From: Tubulanus polymorphus | Taxonomy: Eukaryota; Animalia; Nemertea | NCBI RefSeq assembly: GCF_964204645.1 | Contig: NC_134028.1 | Coordinates: 14,081,653 to 14,145,652 of the forward strand | DNA: 64,000 nt | Reading direction: 5' to 3' | Part shown: piece after piece, positions 34,987 through 46,583 of the stretch | Layout: each line of letters starts with the position of its first letter | How positions within the stretch are numbered: position 1 is the first letter of the stretch | The notes under the pieces: model-generated | Seen by the model: only the letters and a program-made list of their open reading frames with translations | Database searches by the model: none | Told to the model about the DNA's origin: nothing | Position numbers and translations under genes: made by a program

Positions 34987-36235
34987 ATGAGCGGGAGTTA
35001 TATCAATCCTTCTAAGAATCATAGAATATCTAATGCTATTAAAGCAGAAAGATCACATCATATAATTACTCATAACCCTTCTAACATTAATCCTGATGAA
35101 ACTTTATATGTTAGAATTCCTCGATTAACACAAAATACTTTTTATGTTCCAAATAGTATTTATTTATCAGCCGATATAAAAGTAATCGGTAATAATAATA
35201 ATTATGTTGTCGATAATGTTGGAAGAAATTTGATTAAAAAATTAACAATAAAGATTGGTCCAGAAACAGTTTTCTCATTAGATGATTATAATTTATTTAT
35301 GCATTATAAAGATTTATGGTTAACTAAAGAAAATGGAAATAATATGATATTTCAAGGCATCCAATCAGAAAACCAAAATAAATTAAGATCTGAAGCTAAT
35401 AATGCAGTAGTAACTAATGCTACAGATAATTTGATAAAAAAGATTTATGGAAGCAAATATAAAATTCCATTAGACTTTGAATTGATAAATAACAATGCAC
35501 CTTCATATAAATACGCAATTCAAGAAGATGTTATATTCGAAATAACATTTGCTCCTGTAAATGAAATTGTAATATCTAGCGTTAATAAAGATATGAGTTA
35601 TAAATCATCGAATATATGTTTAGAATATGACACAGTAACTGATGAAAATATTTCAAGTATAATTCAAACTCAATACAATCAAGGATTTTCATTATTATAT
35701 GATTATATTGATAAATTTAAAACTGTAACTATTAATGCAAATGATGAAATAATTAATGAGAATATTAACTTCCCAAGAAGATCTATTAAAGTTATATTAA
35801 TATTTTTTACCATTGCAACATATACTAATGGTGCAATAAATGTTGATAATTATTATAATCCTGAAATAACAAAAGTAGAAATAACTATCGAAGGAATAGC
35901 AAATAAAATATTTTGTCAAGGAATGAGAATGATTGATCAATGGCCAGAAATTAGAAAACATTTTATGAATGAAAAAGTAAAATCATTTGAAAATTGTAAT
36001 ATTAATCAAATTGATTATTATACCGGTAATAAATATGCATTATGGTTAGATTTTAGAACAACAGAGGATAATTCATTACATGGTTCTGGAAAAAAAACTA
36101 CAAAACACTAAAGATGGAATACAATTATTCATGACAAAGAATAAAGGAATCAAAAATTTTAAAATGCACATTTATATTATATCTGACGCGCAATTAAATA
36201 TTGTAAATTCTCAATTAAATAGTGTTATGTATTAA
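34987..36235 (+). pseudogene. Major capsid protein (putative double jelly-roll), frameshift near the 3' end
   Basis: ~415 codons, beta-rich; THNPSNINPDETLYVRIP, YKIPLDF, NINFPRRSIK, LWLDFRT; position in the structural module. Confidence 0.8.
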
Positions 36236-36267
36236 AATTTTAACTTTAATAAAAATTTATATAATAA

Positions 36268-36582
36268 ATGGAAGGAGGTAAAGTATATAAACATATTCCA
36301 TACATCGATACACATGAAAATAATGATGGCTTATATTATGTAATACCTTGTAATATAGCTTTGATATTTGATCCTTTTTTCAAAATTTATAAAACTAAAC
36401 TAATAGAAATCGATAATAATAAAAGTGAAGTTGTTGATAATTTAAGTAATGTAATTGATAATAATGTAATACCTTCTACATCTAATAATGTTTTACCTTC
36501 TACATCAAATAATGTTTTACCTCCTACATCAAATAATGTTTTACCTTCTACATCAAATAATGAAATATTTGATCCTATTTTC
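36268..36582 (+). pseudogene. Zinc-finger gene 5' part with NNV(I/L)PSTS 24-bp repeats
   Basis: Matches the N-terminus of 59275-60201; breaks into integrase sequence. Confidence 0.75.
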
Positions 36583-36752
36583 AAGAATTATCACTTGTAC
36601 CAAATCCAGAGGAAATAGAATACAAAATAGAAAAAGTATTGAAAACAAAAACTCTTAAAGGAAAAAAGTATTCTTTGGTGAAATATAAAGGATACGATGA
36701 TAAATTTAATGAATGGATTTTATCTAGTAAAATTAAAAGAATAAATGAATAA
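36583..36752 (+). pseudogene. Integrase chromodomain fragment
   Basis: QELSLVPNPEEIEYKIEKVLKTK..FNEWILSSK. Confidence 0.85.
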
Positions 36753-37427
36753 AGATTTATTCATATTTGAACCGCATAATATGTTAATAACTGGAGTAAC
36801 CAATTGTGGTAAAACACATTTCATATTAGATTTGTTAGAAACTGTTTATAAGAATCATTTTGATAATATAATATTATTTTGTCCTACTTATGAAATGAAT
36901 AAAGATATAATAGAGATATAGTTAAGATGAAAAAGTTTATTATACTAGATCCTAAAACAGTAAAAGAAAATTTAGATAATTGTATAAAAATAGCAATTGA
37001 TACTTATAAAGGATCAAATACATTATTCATTATAGATGATTGCACTAATTTACATGATTCAAAAGTGAGAGAAAGCGAGTTATGTTATCTAGCTTTCTCT
37101 GGGAGACATTTTGGGATAACAACATGGGTTTTAAATCAAAAATATGATTCAATTGTTAAAGACTTTAGGGAGAATATAAGATTTCTAGTTTTATTTTATA
37201 ACAAAGATAGAAAATCTATGCAACAATCATTGGAAGAAAATCAAATTATACCTACTGAATTACATGATGAATATATGAATAAATTAAAGAATAATAAAGG
37301 TTCAAAATTATTACTGAGACTACGATTTCCCTATGAATATAAATTTATAAAAAAACTATTTATAATTTGGAATATTATAGAAACTAATTTATATTTCTAT
37401 GTACTAGACGTACGAGTAAGAAAGTAA
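36745..37427 (+). pseudogene. Packaging ATPase, frameshifted
   Basis: GVTNCGKT at ~36793; frameshift near 36905. Confidence 0.88.
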
Positions 37428-37495
37428 GATTCTTACCTTTTTACTTTCTTGGCAAGAATCTTGGATTCTTACGTACGTCTAGTCCATAGAAATAT
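37391..37495. repeat. Central palindrome
   Basis: ATATTTCTATGTACTAGACGTACG .. CGTACGTCTAGTCCATAGAAATAT. Confidence 0.9.
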
Positions 37496-37547
37496 GAATT
37501 ATTAAATGAAATATATAATGATGAATAAATTATATATTAAAACTATG

Positions 37548-37600
37548 TTTATAATTTATGTTTATAATTTATGTTTATAATTTATGTTTATAATTTATAT
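37548..37600. repeat. 13-bp tandem repeat (TTTATAATTTATG), about 4 copies
   Basis: Read directly from the sequence. Confidence 0.85.
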
Positions 37601-37699
37601 TTCTTGGTAAGGATTCTTGGGTTCTTACTTTCTTACTCATACGTCTAGTGCATAGATATATAAATATTTTTATAGATATATAAATAGTTTTATAATAAT

Positions 37700-38852
37700 T
37701 ATTCTAATTTTGTTTCTAATACATTTATAAAATCATCTTTGTTTATATCAAATTCATCAGAAGTCTTTGGCATATTTATTAATTCTATTTCATCCTTCAT
37801 TCTACGTTCATCATCACTTAATCCAGCTTTTATTCTTAATTATTCAAAGTAATCATTAGAATTATCACCATCAAAATCAAATTCAAAATCATTTATTTAA
37901 TTGAATAAATCTAGGTATCCATTATACGCTAATTTATATATTTGGTCAGGATTATCTTCTGCATAAGCTAATAATTTATCAAATAACAACTTAAAGAATA
38001 TATGATATTGTTTAGTTTCAGGATTAAGATATTTGATATATTTCTTTAATATTTTTCTTTGGTTCATCTAACAATGGTAACATACCCACTTTTTTATAAA
38101 CATTAATTAGATTTAATTAATTTTGATTTATAATGAGTAATTTTATCAACAGGATCAATTTCTTTATTACAGTAATCACATATTAATTCTTTTTCATTTT
38201 CTATGTGCCCCTTAGATTTTTAATGTTTAGAAAAATTACTTTTAGAAATATCTAAATTACAAATGTTACAATGTTTTTTAGAATCATCCATTATTTCATT
38301 ATCTGTTATATCATTATCATTAGTTTCAATTGGGTTAACATTATTTATTACATTATCTGTTATATTATCTATGGTATCATTAGTTTCAATTGGGTTAACA
38401 TTATCTTTTATATTACTAACTGATATATTATTATCATTATTATTCTTTTCTTTTTCTATATGTTTCTTTGATTTCTTATGTGATACCCAATTTTTATATG
38501 ATATATATTTCTTACATACATCACAATATTTTGGATTATAATAATCTTTTTTTGATTCAATATCATATGTAGAGGGTATATTATAAGATGTAGATGCTGT
38601 TACATCTTCTATTTTAGATTCAATATTATTACTATCTTCTATTTTAGTTTCAATATCATCTTCTATTTTATATTCAATATCATTCTTATCTTCTATTTTA
38701 GTTTCAATATTATCTTTTATTTTACTTATTCTATATTTGAATTGATTATAGTAATCTCCAAAATACTTAATGTATTCATCATAAGGTAATATATAATATA
38801 TATCTGTTATCATTTCACTTGGAGTTTGTATTTCATATATTCCACCTTCCAT
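37700..38852 (-). pseudogene. Variable zinc-finger protein and downstream ~88 aa region, decayed
   Basis: YCDVCKKY..SHKKSKKH and HCNICNLDISKSNFSKH; 3' part homologous to 59022-59500. Confidence 0.75.
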
Positions 38853-38885
38853 TTATATAATATATTTTTATTAAAGTTAAAATTT

Positions 38886-40131
38886 TGATACATAACACTA
38901 TTTAATTGAGAATCTACAATATTTAATTGCGCGTCAGATATAATATAAATGTGCATTTTGAAATTTAGACTTCCTTTTTTCTTTGTCATGAATAATTGTA
39001 TTCCATCTTTAGTGTTTTGTAATTTTTTCCAGAACCATGTAATGAATTATCCTCTGTTGTTCTAAAATCTAACCATTATGCATATTTATGGCCGGTATAA
39101 TAATCAATTTGATTAATGTTACAATTTTCAGATGATTTGACTTTTTCATTCATAAAATGTTTTCTAATTTCTGGCCATTGATCTATCATTCTCATTCCTT
39201 GACAAAATATTTTATTTGCTATTCCTTCGATAGTTATTTCTACTTTTGTTATTTCAGGATTATAATACTTATCAACCTGTATTGCACCATTAGAATATGT
39301 TGCAATTGTGAAAAATATTAATATACCTTTAATAGATCTTCCTGGGAAGTTAATATTCTCATTAATAATTTCATCACTTGCATTAATAGTTACAGTTTTA
39401 AATTGATCAATATAATCATATAATAATGAAAATCCTTGATTGTATTGAGTTTGAATTATACTTGCAATATTTTCATCAGTTACTGTATCATATTCTAAAC
39501 ATATATTCGATAATTTATAACTCATATCTTTAACTACATTTGATAATACAATTTCATTAACAGGAGCAAATGTTATTTCGAATATAATATCTTCTTGAAT
39601 TGCGTATTTATATAAAGGTGCATTATTATTTATCAATTGAAAGTCTAATGGAATTTTATATTTGCTTCCATAAACCTTTTTAATCAAATTATCTGCGGTA
39701 CGAGTTACTATTGCGTCATTAGCTCCTGATCTTAATTTATTATGGTTTTCTGATTGGATGCCTTGAAATATCATATTGTTTCTGTTTTCTTTAGTTAACC
39801 ATAAATCTTTATATTGCATAAATAAATTATAATCATCTAATGAGAAAACTGTTTCTGGACCAATCTTTATAGTTAATTTTTTAATCAAATATCTCCCAAC
39901 ATTATCGACAACATAATTATTATCATGACCAGTAACTTTTATATCGGCTGATGAATAAATACTATTTGGAACATAAAAAGTATTTTGTGTTAATCGAGGA
40001 ATTCTAACATATAAAGTTTCATCGGGATTAATATTTGAAGGGTTATGAGTAATTATATGATGTGATCTTTCTGCTTTAATAGCAGTAGATATTCTAGAAA
40101 TCTTAGAAGGACTTATATAACTCCCACTCAT
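38886..40131 (-). pseudogene. Major capsid protein, one in-frame stop
   Basis: 351 aa ORF, then TAA replacing Leu. Confidence 0.82.
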
Positions 40132-40151
40132 TTATTTAACAAAAAAATTAA

Positions 40152-41888
40152 TTATTTATTTTTAATCATATTCACTAGCCCAAAAATAATAGCACTTACA
40201 ACTGTTATTAAAAATAGAATAATATGTTCAGCAGCAAAGTTAAGAATATTCCCAGCAGATTTCAATATAAAACCAACAATTGATGCAATAATTCCTGGCA
40301 ATGCTGTAGCAGATTTTTTAGATAGTTCCCATAAATATTTTGCTAATTTCTTTAAACCATCCTTAACTTTATCTTGTATAGAATTATTATCTGGGGGTTT
40401 ACACGGTTTATTAGGATTTGGTGTAGATTTTAATGAATTTGATATTGCTAAACCAATTGTTGTAAATAACATAGTTACAGCTGTTAGAATTGAAAGAATT
40501 GTTATTCCTTCTAACTTAAATAATAATTTCATTCTATCTTTCAATGATATTTTAGAATCTGATTTTATTATTAAATCTTTAAAAATAACTTTTAATTTTT
40601 TATTATGATTAAGATCATATGATAATAATAATGTATCTCTTTCTTCTTTCTGTAATTCTATATTATATTTTAAATCATCTATTTGTTTTTCTAAAGCTAA
40701 CTTTCTGCTTTCATAATCAGCTTCCTCGATTAATTGAAGATTTTTATCTAATTTTAATTGTTCTTATTTTTCATTTGCAATAGCTAATTCTTTTTCTAAC
40801 ATGGTTATTTTAGAAAATCTCATACTAATATTAGCATTTACATCGGCTGATTCTTGTATACCTTTAATTTCTCTACGTGTTTGTTCAGGAAATGCTTCTA
40901 ATTCTTCATCAGTTAATTTAAGTAATCCTTTTTCTAGTAAAGATTGTATTCGATTTATTCCAGTTTCAGTACCGGGCGTATCTAAAACACTAATCATATC
41001 TTCTTCAAATGAATTCATTGTATCCAGTAAGTTATCTAAACGTTTTCCTAATTGTAATTGACTTGAATCATTATCAATTGGTTGAGTGTCTCTTCTCGAT
41101 GTTTCTGGTGTTGAAGATCTTAATTTATCTAATCGATTTGCAAAATCCTCATCAGTTTCTGGATCAACAAAAGTAGGATTTGGATTTGGATTTTTAAATG
41201 GTGAATATTTGTTTATATCAATATTAGGAATTGGTTCTTCTTCATTTATTCTATCGATTGCATTCCATATAATTCTGAGAAATTCTCTACCACCTTTTGA
41301 ACGTTCAATTGAAGATCCTTTACGCATTTCAGGATGGTACAGATCTTTTTGTCCCATTTTAGATAATTGAATTGATACAGTTTCGTTATTTAAATCAACT
41401 TTAACAAACCATGAATCATTTTTAAATTCTAAATTATTCATGAAAAATGGATCATCTTCTCTAATTTGTTCTGAAATCTCTTCTGGTTCAATGTTATATG
41501 TTACATTTTTTGGTAATAATTCTTCAATAACTGTATTTGTTACACTATGTTTTATGTATAATAATTGTTTTTTCAATTCAGGGTTTTTTGTTCTTTCTAA
41601 TCTATTAATTAACTCTTTTCTTTTTGGTCTAGTTGTAATTATTATCTCATCGTGGGTTCTTAAATGATCTATTATTTTTTCACTTGTTTCAGTATCATCT
41701 TTAAATTCATCATAATCATATAATATAGGCCCACTAGAATCATCTTCACCTAAATTAGAATTATATGCTGATTCATTACCATCATTAAAACTTGTTTCAT
41801 CAAAATTAGGTTGTGGTTCATCAGGTATAAATCCTTCATTATTATTTCCAATGCCACCCAATGGAATATCTTTTCCACCTTCTGCCAT
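40152..41888 (-). pseudogene. Acidic/coiled-coil membrane protein (variant B), one stop
   Basis: ORFs 40764 and 40152 are in frame and match 9103. Confidence 0.8.
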
Positions 41889-41904
41889 TTACATAGTTTA
41901 GAAA

Positions 41905-44300
41905 TTAAAATTTAAAATATAATATTCCTCCGATTACAATTTCTATACAAGTTATAGCTAATTTAGTATTTTCATGGGATTTATTATCATCATTTAGTTT
42001 AATTATATCATGTTGAATAATATCAGTTTTTATATCTTCTGATGTATTGTAATCTTTTATTTTGGAATAATTATTTAATTTAATATTCTTAGTTTTAGTT
42101 TCTGTTGATTGAATGTGTTTTTTATTTTTTTCACCTTCCATTAATTTTGGAGCAGTAATAATCTTTTTATTTATATCATTCAATCCAAATGAATTATTTA
42201 TTGTTGCAGTTTTAATTAGATTATTATAACCAATTATATTTCCCATCTTTAATACTAAATCATTAGAAATAATTAATAGATTAGGGCCTATACAATAATT
42301 TAATCTAATATGTGATTTATCTAAATAATTTTGATATCTTATAATGTTTTCTGGAATCGATCTATTTTTATCATTATGTATGGAATCTTCAAATAAAACT
42401 TTAAATTGTTTTTGTGTATCGAATGATGTATTTAAATTTCCAATTATTGGGGATCTTGTTTCAACTTGCGCACCTAAAATACATATCAAATAAGTTCTAA
42501 TAGATCGATTTATTCTTTGTATTCCAGCTTTAGTAAAACCTTCATTATTTTCTAAAATGAAATAAACCCAACCATTATTGTTTTCTTGTTTTAAATGATC
42601 ATAAAATTTCGGTAATTTATTGAAGTTTAATGTTTCTAAATCCTTAGTTTCTATTTTACCATAACCTAATTTATTATTATAGATATTATAAAAACTATTG
42701 GATGGTATGGGAAGTGCACAATATTCTGCAATCTTTTTAGGGCAAGGAAGTGATCTTATTGTTCCAATTTTTGTTCTAAAATCAGAATTATTTATATCTA
42801 TATTAAATTCATTACAAATTTTATAAAACTTTGATAAATTAATATTATTATCTAATTCTTTAAAATACCTAGATCCTGGTAAAGCGCACTCTAATTCATT
42901 TAATATTATTCTGATTTGAAAGTATGTATGAAATCTAAATAAACTTTGAATTAATTTATATTTAGAATTATTCAAATGATCATTCCAACTAATTCCACAA
43001 CCTGTTGTTGCACAATAAACAGCAACATTTAATTGGTTCTGCCAATACTTCATATTAGATTTTAATAACCATTGTTTTTCATCTTTCAATTTTTTAAAAT
43101 TAATTAAATATACATGAAATATATTTTCAATCTTTGCAATCCTTCCATTAATTTTGGAGCAGTAATAATCTTTTTATTTATATCATTCAATCCAAATGAA
43201 TTATTTATTGTTGCAGTTTTAATTAGATTATTATAACCAATTATATTTCCCATCTTTAATACTAAATCATTAGAAATAATTAATAGATTAGGGCCTATAC
43301 AATAATTTAATCTAATATGTGATTTATCTAAATAATTTTGATATCGTATAATGTTTTCTGGAATCGATCTATTTTTATCATTATGTATGGAATCTTCAAA
43401 TAAAACTTTAAATTGTTTTTGTGTATCGAATGATGTATTTAAATTTCCAATTATTGGGGATCTTGTTTCAACTTGCGCACCTAAAATACATATCAAATAA
43501 GTTCTAATAGATTGATTTATTCTTTGTATTCCAGCCTTAGTAAAACCTTCATTATTTTCTAAAATGAAATAAACCCAACCATTATTGTTTTCTTGTTTTA
43601 AATGATCATAAAATTTCGGTAATTTATTGAAGTTTAATGTTTCTAAATCCTTAGTTTCTATTTTACCATAACCTAATTTATTATTATAGATATTATAAAA
43701 ACTATTGGATGGTATGGGAAGTGTACAATATTCTGCAATCTTTTTAGGGCAAGGAAGTGATCTTATTGTTCCAATTTTTGTTCTAAAGTCAGAATTATTT
43801 ATATCTATATTAAATTCATTACAAATTTTATAAAACTTTGATAAATTAATATTATTATCTAATTCTTTAAAATACCTAGATCCTGGTAAAGCGCACTCTA
43901 ATTCATTTAATATTATTCTGATTTGAAAGTATGTATGAAATCTAAATAAACTTTGAATTAATTTATATTTAGAATTATTCAAATGATCATTCCAACTAAT
44001 TCCACAACCTGTTGTTGCACAATAAACAGCAAAATTTAATTGGTTCTGCCAATACTTCATATTAGATTTTAATAACCATTGTTTTTCTTCTTTCAATTTT
44101 TTAAAATTAATTAAATATACATGAAATATATTTTCAATCTTTGCATTAAAATTATTAGTTTCAGTAACATAAATTTCTAAATTAGTTAATGAATCTAAAA
44201 CTTCATTTCTATATGTAATATCTTTATTAAAATCTATTGCTGGAATATTATATTTAATTGATTTATTATATTGGAAAGCTTTTGGAAAACTATCTGCCAT
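41905..44300 (-). pseudogene. Conserved ~440 aa protein with ~1 kb internal tandem duplication
   Basis: ORFs 41905 and 43104 are nearly identical; units start at 42134 and 43141. Confidence 0.85.
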
Positions 44301-44316
44301 TTATATAATTAAAAAA

Positions 44317-44751
44317 TTAATAATTAACTAATTCTTTTAATAATTTATCTTGTTCTTCAACTGTTATATGGCCATTTAAACTTATTATATAATCTAGTGT
44401 GTTCTTTAATTTATTAATTTCTTTTATATTAGTTTTAATTTTTTCTTTATTACTTTTTATATTTAATTTTGAACTTATACCAGTTAAAACACTTGAACTT
44501 AATCCTAATACGCCAATTGATATAGCTAAAGGTGTTAATGGACTGAATATTGCTAGAAATGTTATTACAGAACTAATTGTAACTGAACCACTTATAATCA
44601 AATAATATATAATTTTAGATTTTAAATATTTTTTCTTTTTTATCTTTAAGTCACTTTCAAATTCTAATATTTGTTTTTCTAAATATATTTTCAATTTAGT
44701 TTTACTGATATCATGAGGAATAATATCAATATTATCAACTTTATCTTCCAT
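44317..44751 (-). CDS. 144 aa two-TM protein with flanking coiled coils
   Basis: Intact; IIYYLIISGSVTISSVITFLAIF..LAISIGVLGLSSSVL. Confidence 0.8.
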   Translation of the reverse strand: MEDKVDNIDIIPHDISKTKLKIYLEKQILEFESDLKIKKKKYLKSKIIYYLIISGSVTISSVITFLAIFSPLTPLAISIGVLGLSSSVLTGISSKLNIKSNKEKIKTNIKEINKLKNTLDYIISLNGHITVEEQDKLLKELVNY

Positions 44752-44770
44752 TTATTTAGAAAAAAAATTA

Positions 44771-45188
44771 CTAATTAGTAAACTTATACGCTACAAATAT
44801 AACAATAACAGTTCCACCTAAAATCCATATTATTTCATATTTCTGTTGTTCTTTACTTGGGGTATAATAATCTGATAATTTAGGTTTGTATAGATGTAAT
44901 TTTTCTTTATTGGTTACCGCGTTATATAAACTCATTGCATCATCGACTGATTGAAAATCTCTATGTGAAATCTTCTGATCATATAATTCCTTGTTAATCC
45001 ATATACTTTTGCCTCTTTTCTCTATATTCTTCTGCTGCTTTATTATATTTCTCTAATGCTAAATTATGTCTTCTTCGTTCTCCTAATGAACCATTTTTAT
45101 CAATATGCTTAAATAAATAACCACCGCCTGTAAATGCTAAAGCGTTAACAATTGCCGATCCTATAATAGTTATAATTGCAGAAGCCAT
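44771..45188 (-). pseudogene. MASAII.. membrane protein, frameshifted
   Basis: Small deletion near 44996. Confidence 0.78.
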
Positions 45189-45212
45189 TTATTTAGCAAA
45201 AAAATTATGCAT

Positions 45213-45434
45213 TTATATGGGAGGAATATATTTTTGTTTTTCCAAATAATCAATTGTTAAATTAGATAATGTAACTGCTAATGTTAATTTTAAAATATCA
45301 TTTATATCAAATCTATCAACATTAACACTTCCCATTCTAAATACTTTTTTTAATACCATTGAATAACCAACAGTTCCAACTGATAGTAATGCTCCATTAT
45401 ATAATCCGGTTATTATCCACTTATTATCAATCAT
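45213..45434 (-). CDS. 73 aa hydrophobic protein
   Basis: Intact copy. Confidence 0.8.
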   Translation of the reverse strand: MIDNKWIITGLYNGALLSVGTVGYSMVLKKVFRMGSVNVDRFDINDILKLTLAVTLSNLTIDYLEKQKYIPPI

Positions 45435-45791
45435 TTATTTATCAAAAAAATTACTATCTTCAAAATATTTAGTTATCTTAGTGATGATTAATTCAACATT
45501 TATTTCATTACTAGTTTCATTTGTATATATTTCAATTATTATTTTTTTAATATCATCGATGATAAAATCTTCATCTAATTCATAAAATCTTAAAGATTCT
45601 CTAATTAAATTAGTAATCTTTTCTACATCTAAAGTTTCTTTATCTATTGTTGTTTCATACTCAAATGTTGTTTCATTAGAAAATGTGATATTTTCGATAT
45701 GTGTAATTACGTCATTAATGTTAAATTTCATTTCTTTCTCATGTTTAAAATCAAACCCAAAACGTATACTCGGCCCAACAGTTATATTCAT
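45435..45791 (-). CDS. 118 aa hypothetical protein
   Basis: Intact copy. Confidence 0.78.
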   Translation of the reverse strand: MNITVGPSIRFGFDFKHEKEMKFNINDVITHIENITFSNETTFEYETTIDKETLDVEKITNLIRESLRFYELDEDFIIDDIKKIIIEIYTNETSNEINVELIITKITKYFEDSNFFDK

Positions 45792-45807
45792 TTATATAGT
45801 GAAAAAA

Positions 45808-46566
45808 TTACTCTTTACATCTTATAACTAATTCATAAATTACAGGAAAGTTATTCAAATCAATTAAATATCCATTATGATTTCTTATTTCTAATTTAAA
45901 ATTATTGAATTTAGGAATGCATGGTTTGAAATCACATTCAGCTAAATTATAATTTATTTGCGTTCCAAATTGTTTAACATTTTTCAGCGGTAAAATATTT
46001 AATATACTAGAATTACAAATTGTATCTTTAGTTGCTTCGAAAGTTTTTGTAGGCTCGATTAAATTGCAATAAATATAAAAGTGTGTAAAAGGTATTATAT
46101 TTGTATAAGTATCAATATTTGAATAATGTCTATCTGGAAGAATTCCAAACAGTTTAGCTAAAGGTTTTCTTACTAGAAATCTATGTTGTTCATTAGTTAA
46201 CTTTATTCTTATTTTATTCGAACTATCATTTTTGATAAATTTAATTTCAAATCGAGCAGCTGCTGAGCCCATTTTTAAACGAGCTCTTTTATTAATTTCT
46301 TGCGCTAATGTTTCTAAATAATATAATCCTGGTTTTAGATAAAGATGAAACCATTTATTCAAAATTCTATCATAAATTTTAAAAGCTAAATGATCAAGAC
46401 TTTTATTCGATATATTATGAAAAGAATTACATAAACTTATATTAACTAATTTTAAATCAACACAATTCTTAAATTCTCTATCTAATTGAACTAGTAAATT
46501 ATGAGATTTATAATTTGTAAGTTTTCTTGAATCAACAAATATTCTGTATTCTTTTAATTCCACCAT
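45808..46566 (-). CDS. Minor capsid (penton) protein
   Basis: Intact homolog of 29821 with a divergent middle. Confidence 0.75.
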   Translation of the reverse strand: MVELKEYRIFVDSRKLTNYKSHNLLVQLDREFKNCVDLKLVNISLCNSFHNISNKSLDHLAFKIYDRILNKWFHLYLKPGLYYLETLAQEINKRARLKMGSAAARFEIKFIKNDSSNKIRIKLTNEQHRFLVRKPLAKLFGILPDRHYSNIDTYTNIIPFTHFYIYCNLIEPTKTFEATKDTICNSSILNILPLKNVKQFGTQINYNLAECDFKPCIPKFNNFKLEIRNHNGYLIDLNNFPVIYELVIRCKE

Positions 46567-46583
46567 TTATTTTACATATTTTC

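Larger units (their letters stand above)
25153..36582 (+). mobile_element. Polinton copy C (complete left arm, terminus to zinc-finger gene)
   Basis: AGTAAT terminus followed by eleven co-oriented genes in consensus order. Confidence 0.92.
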
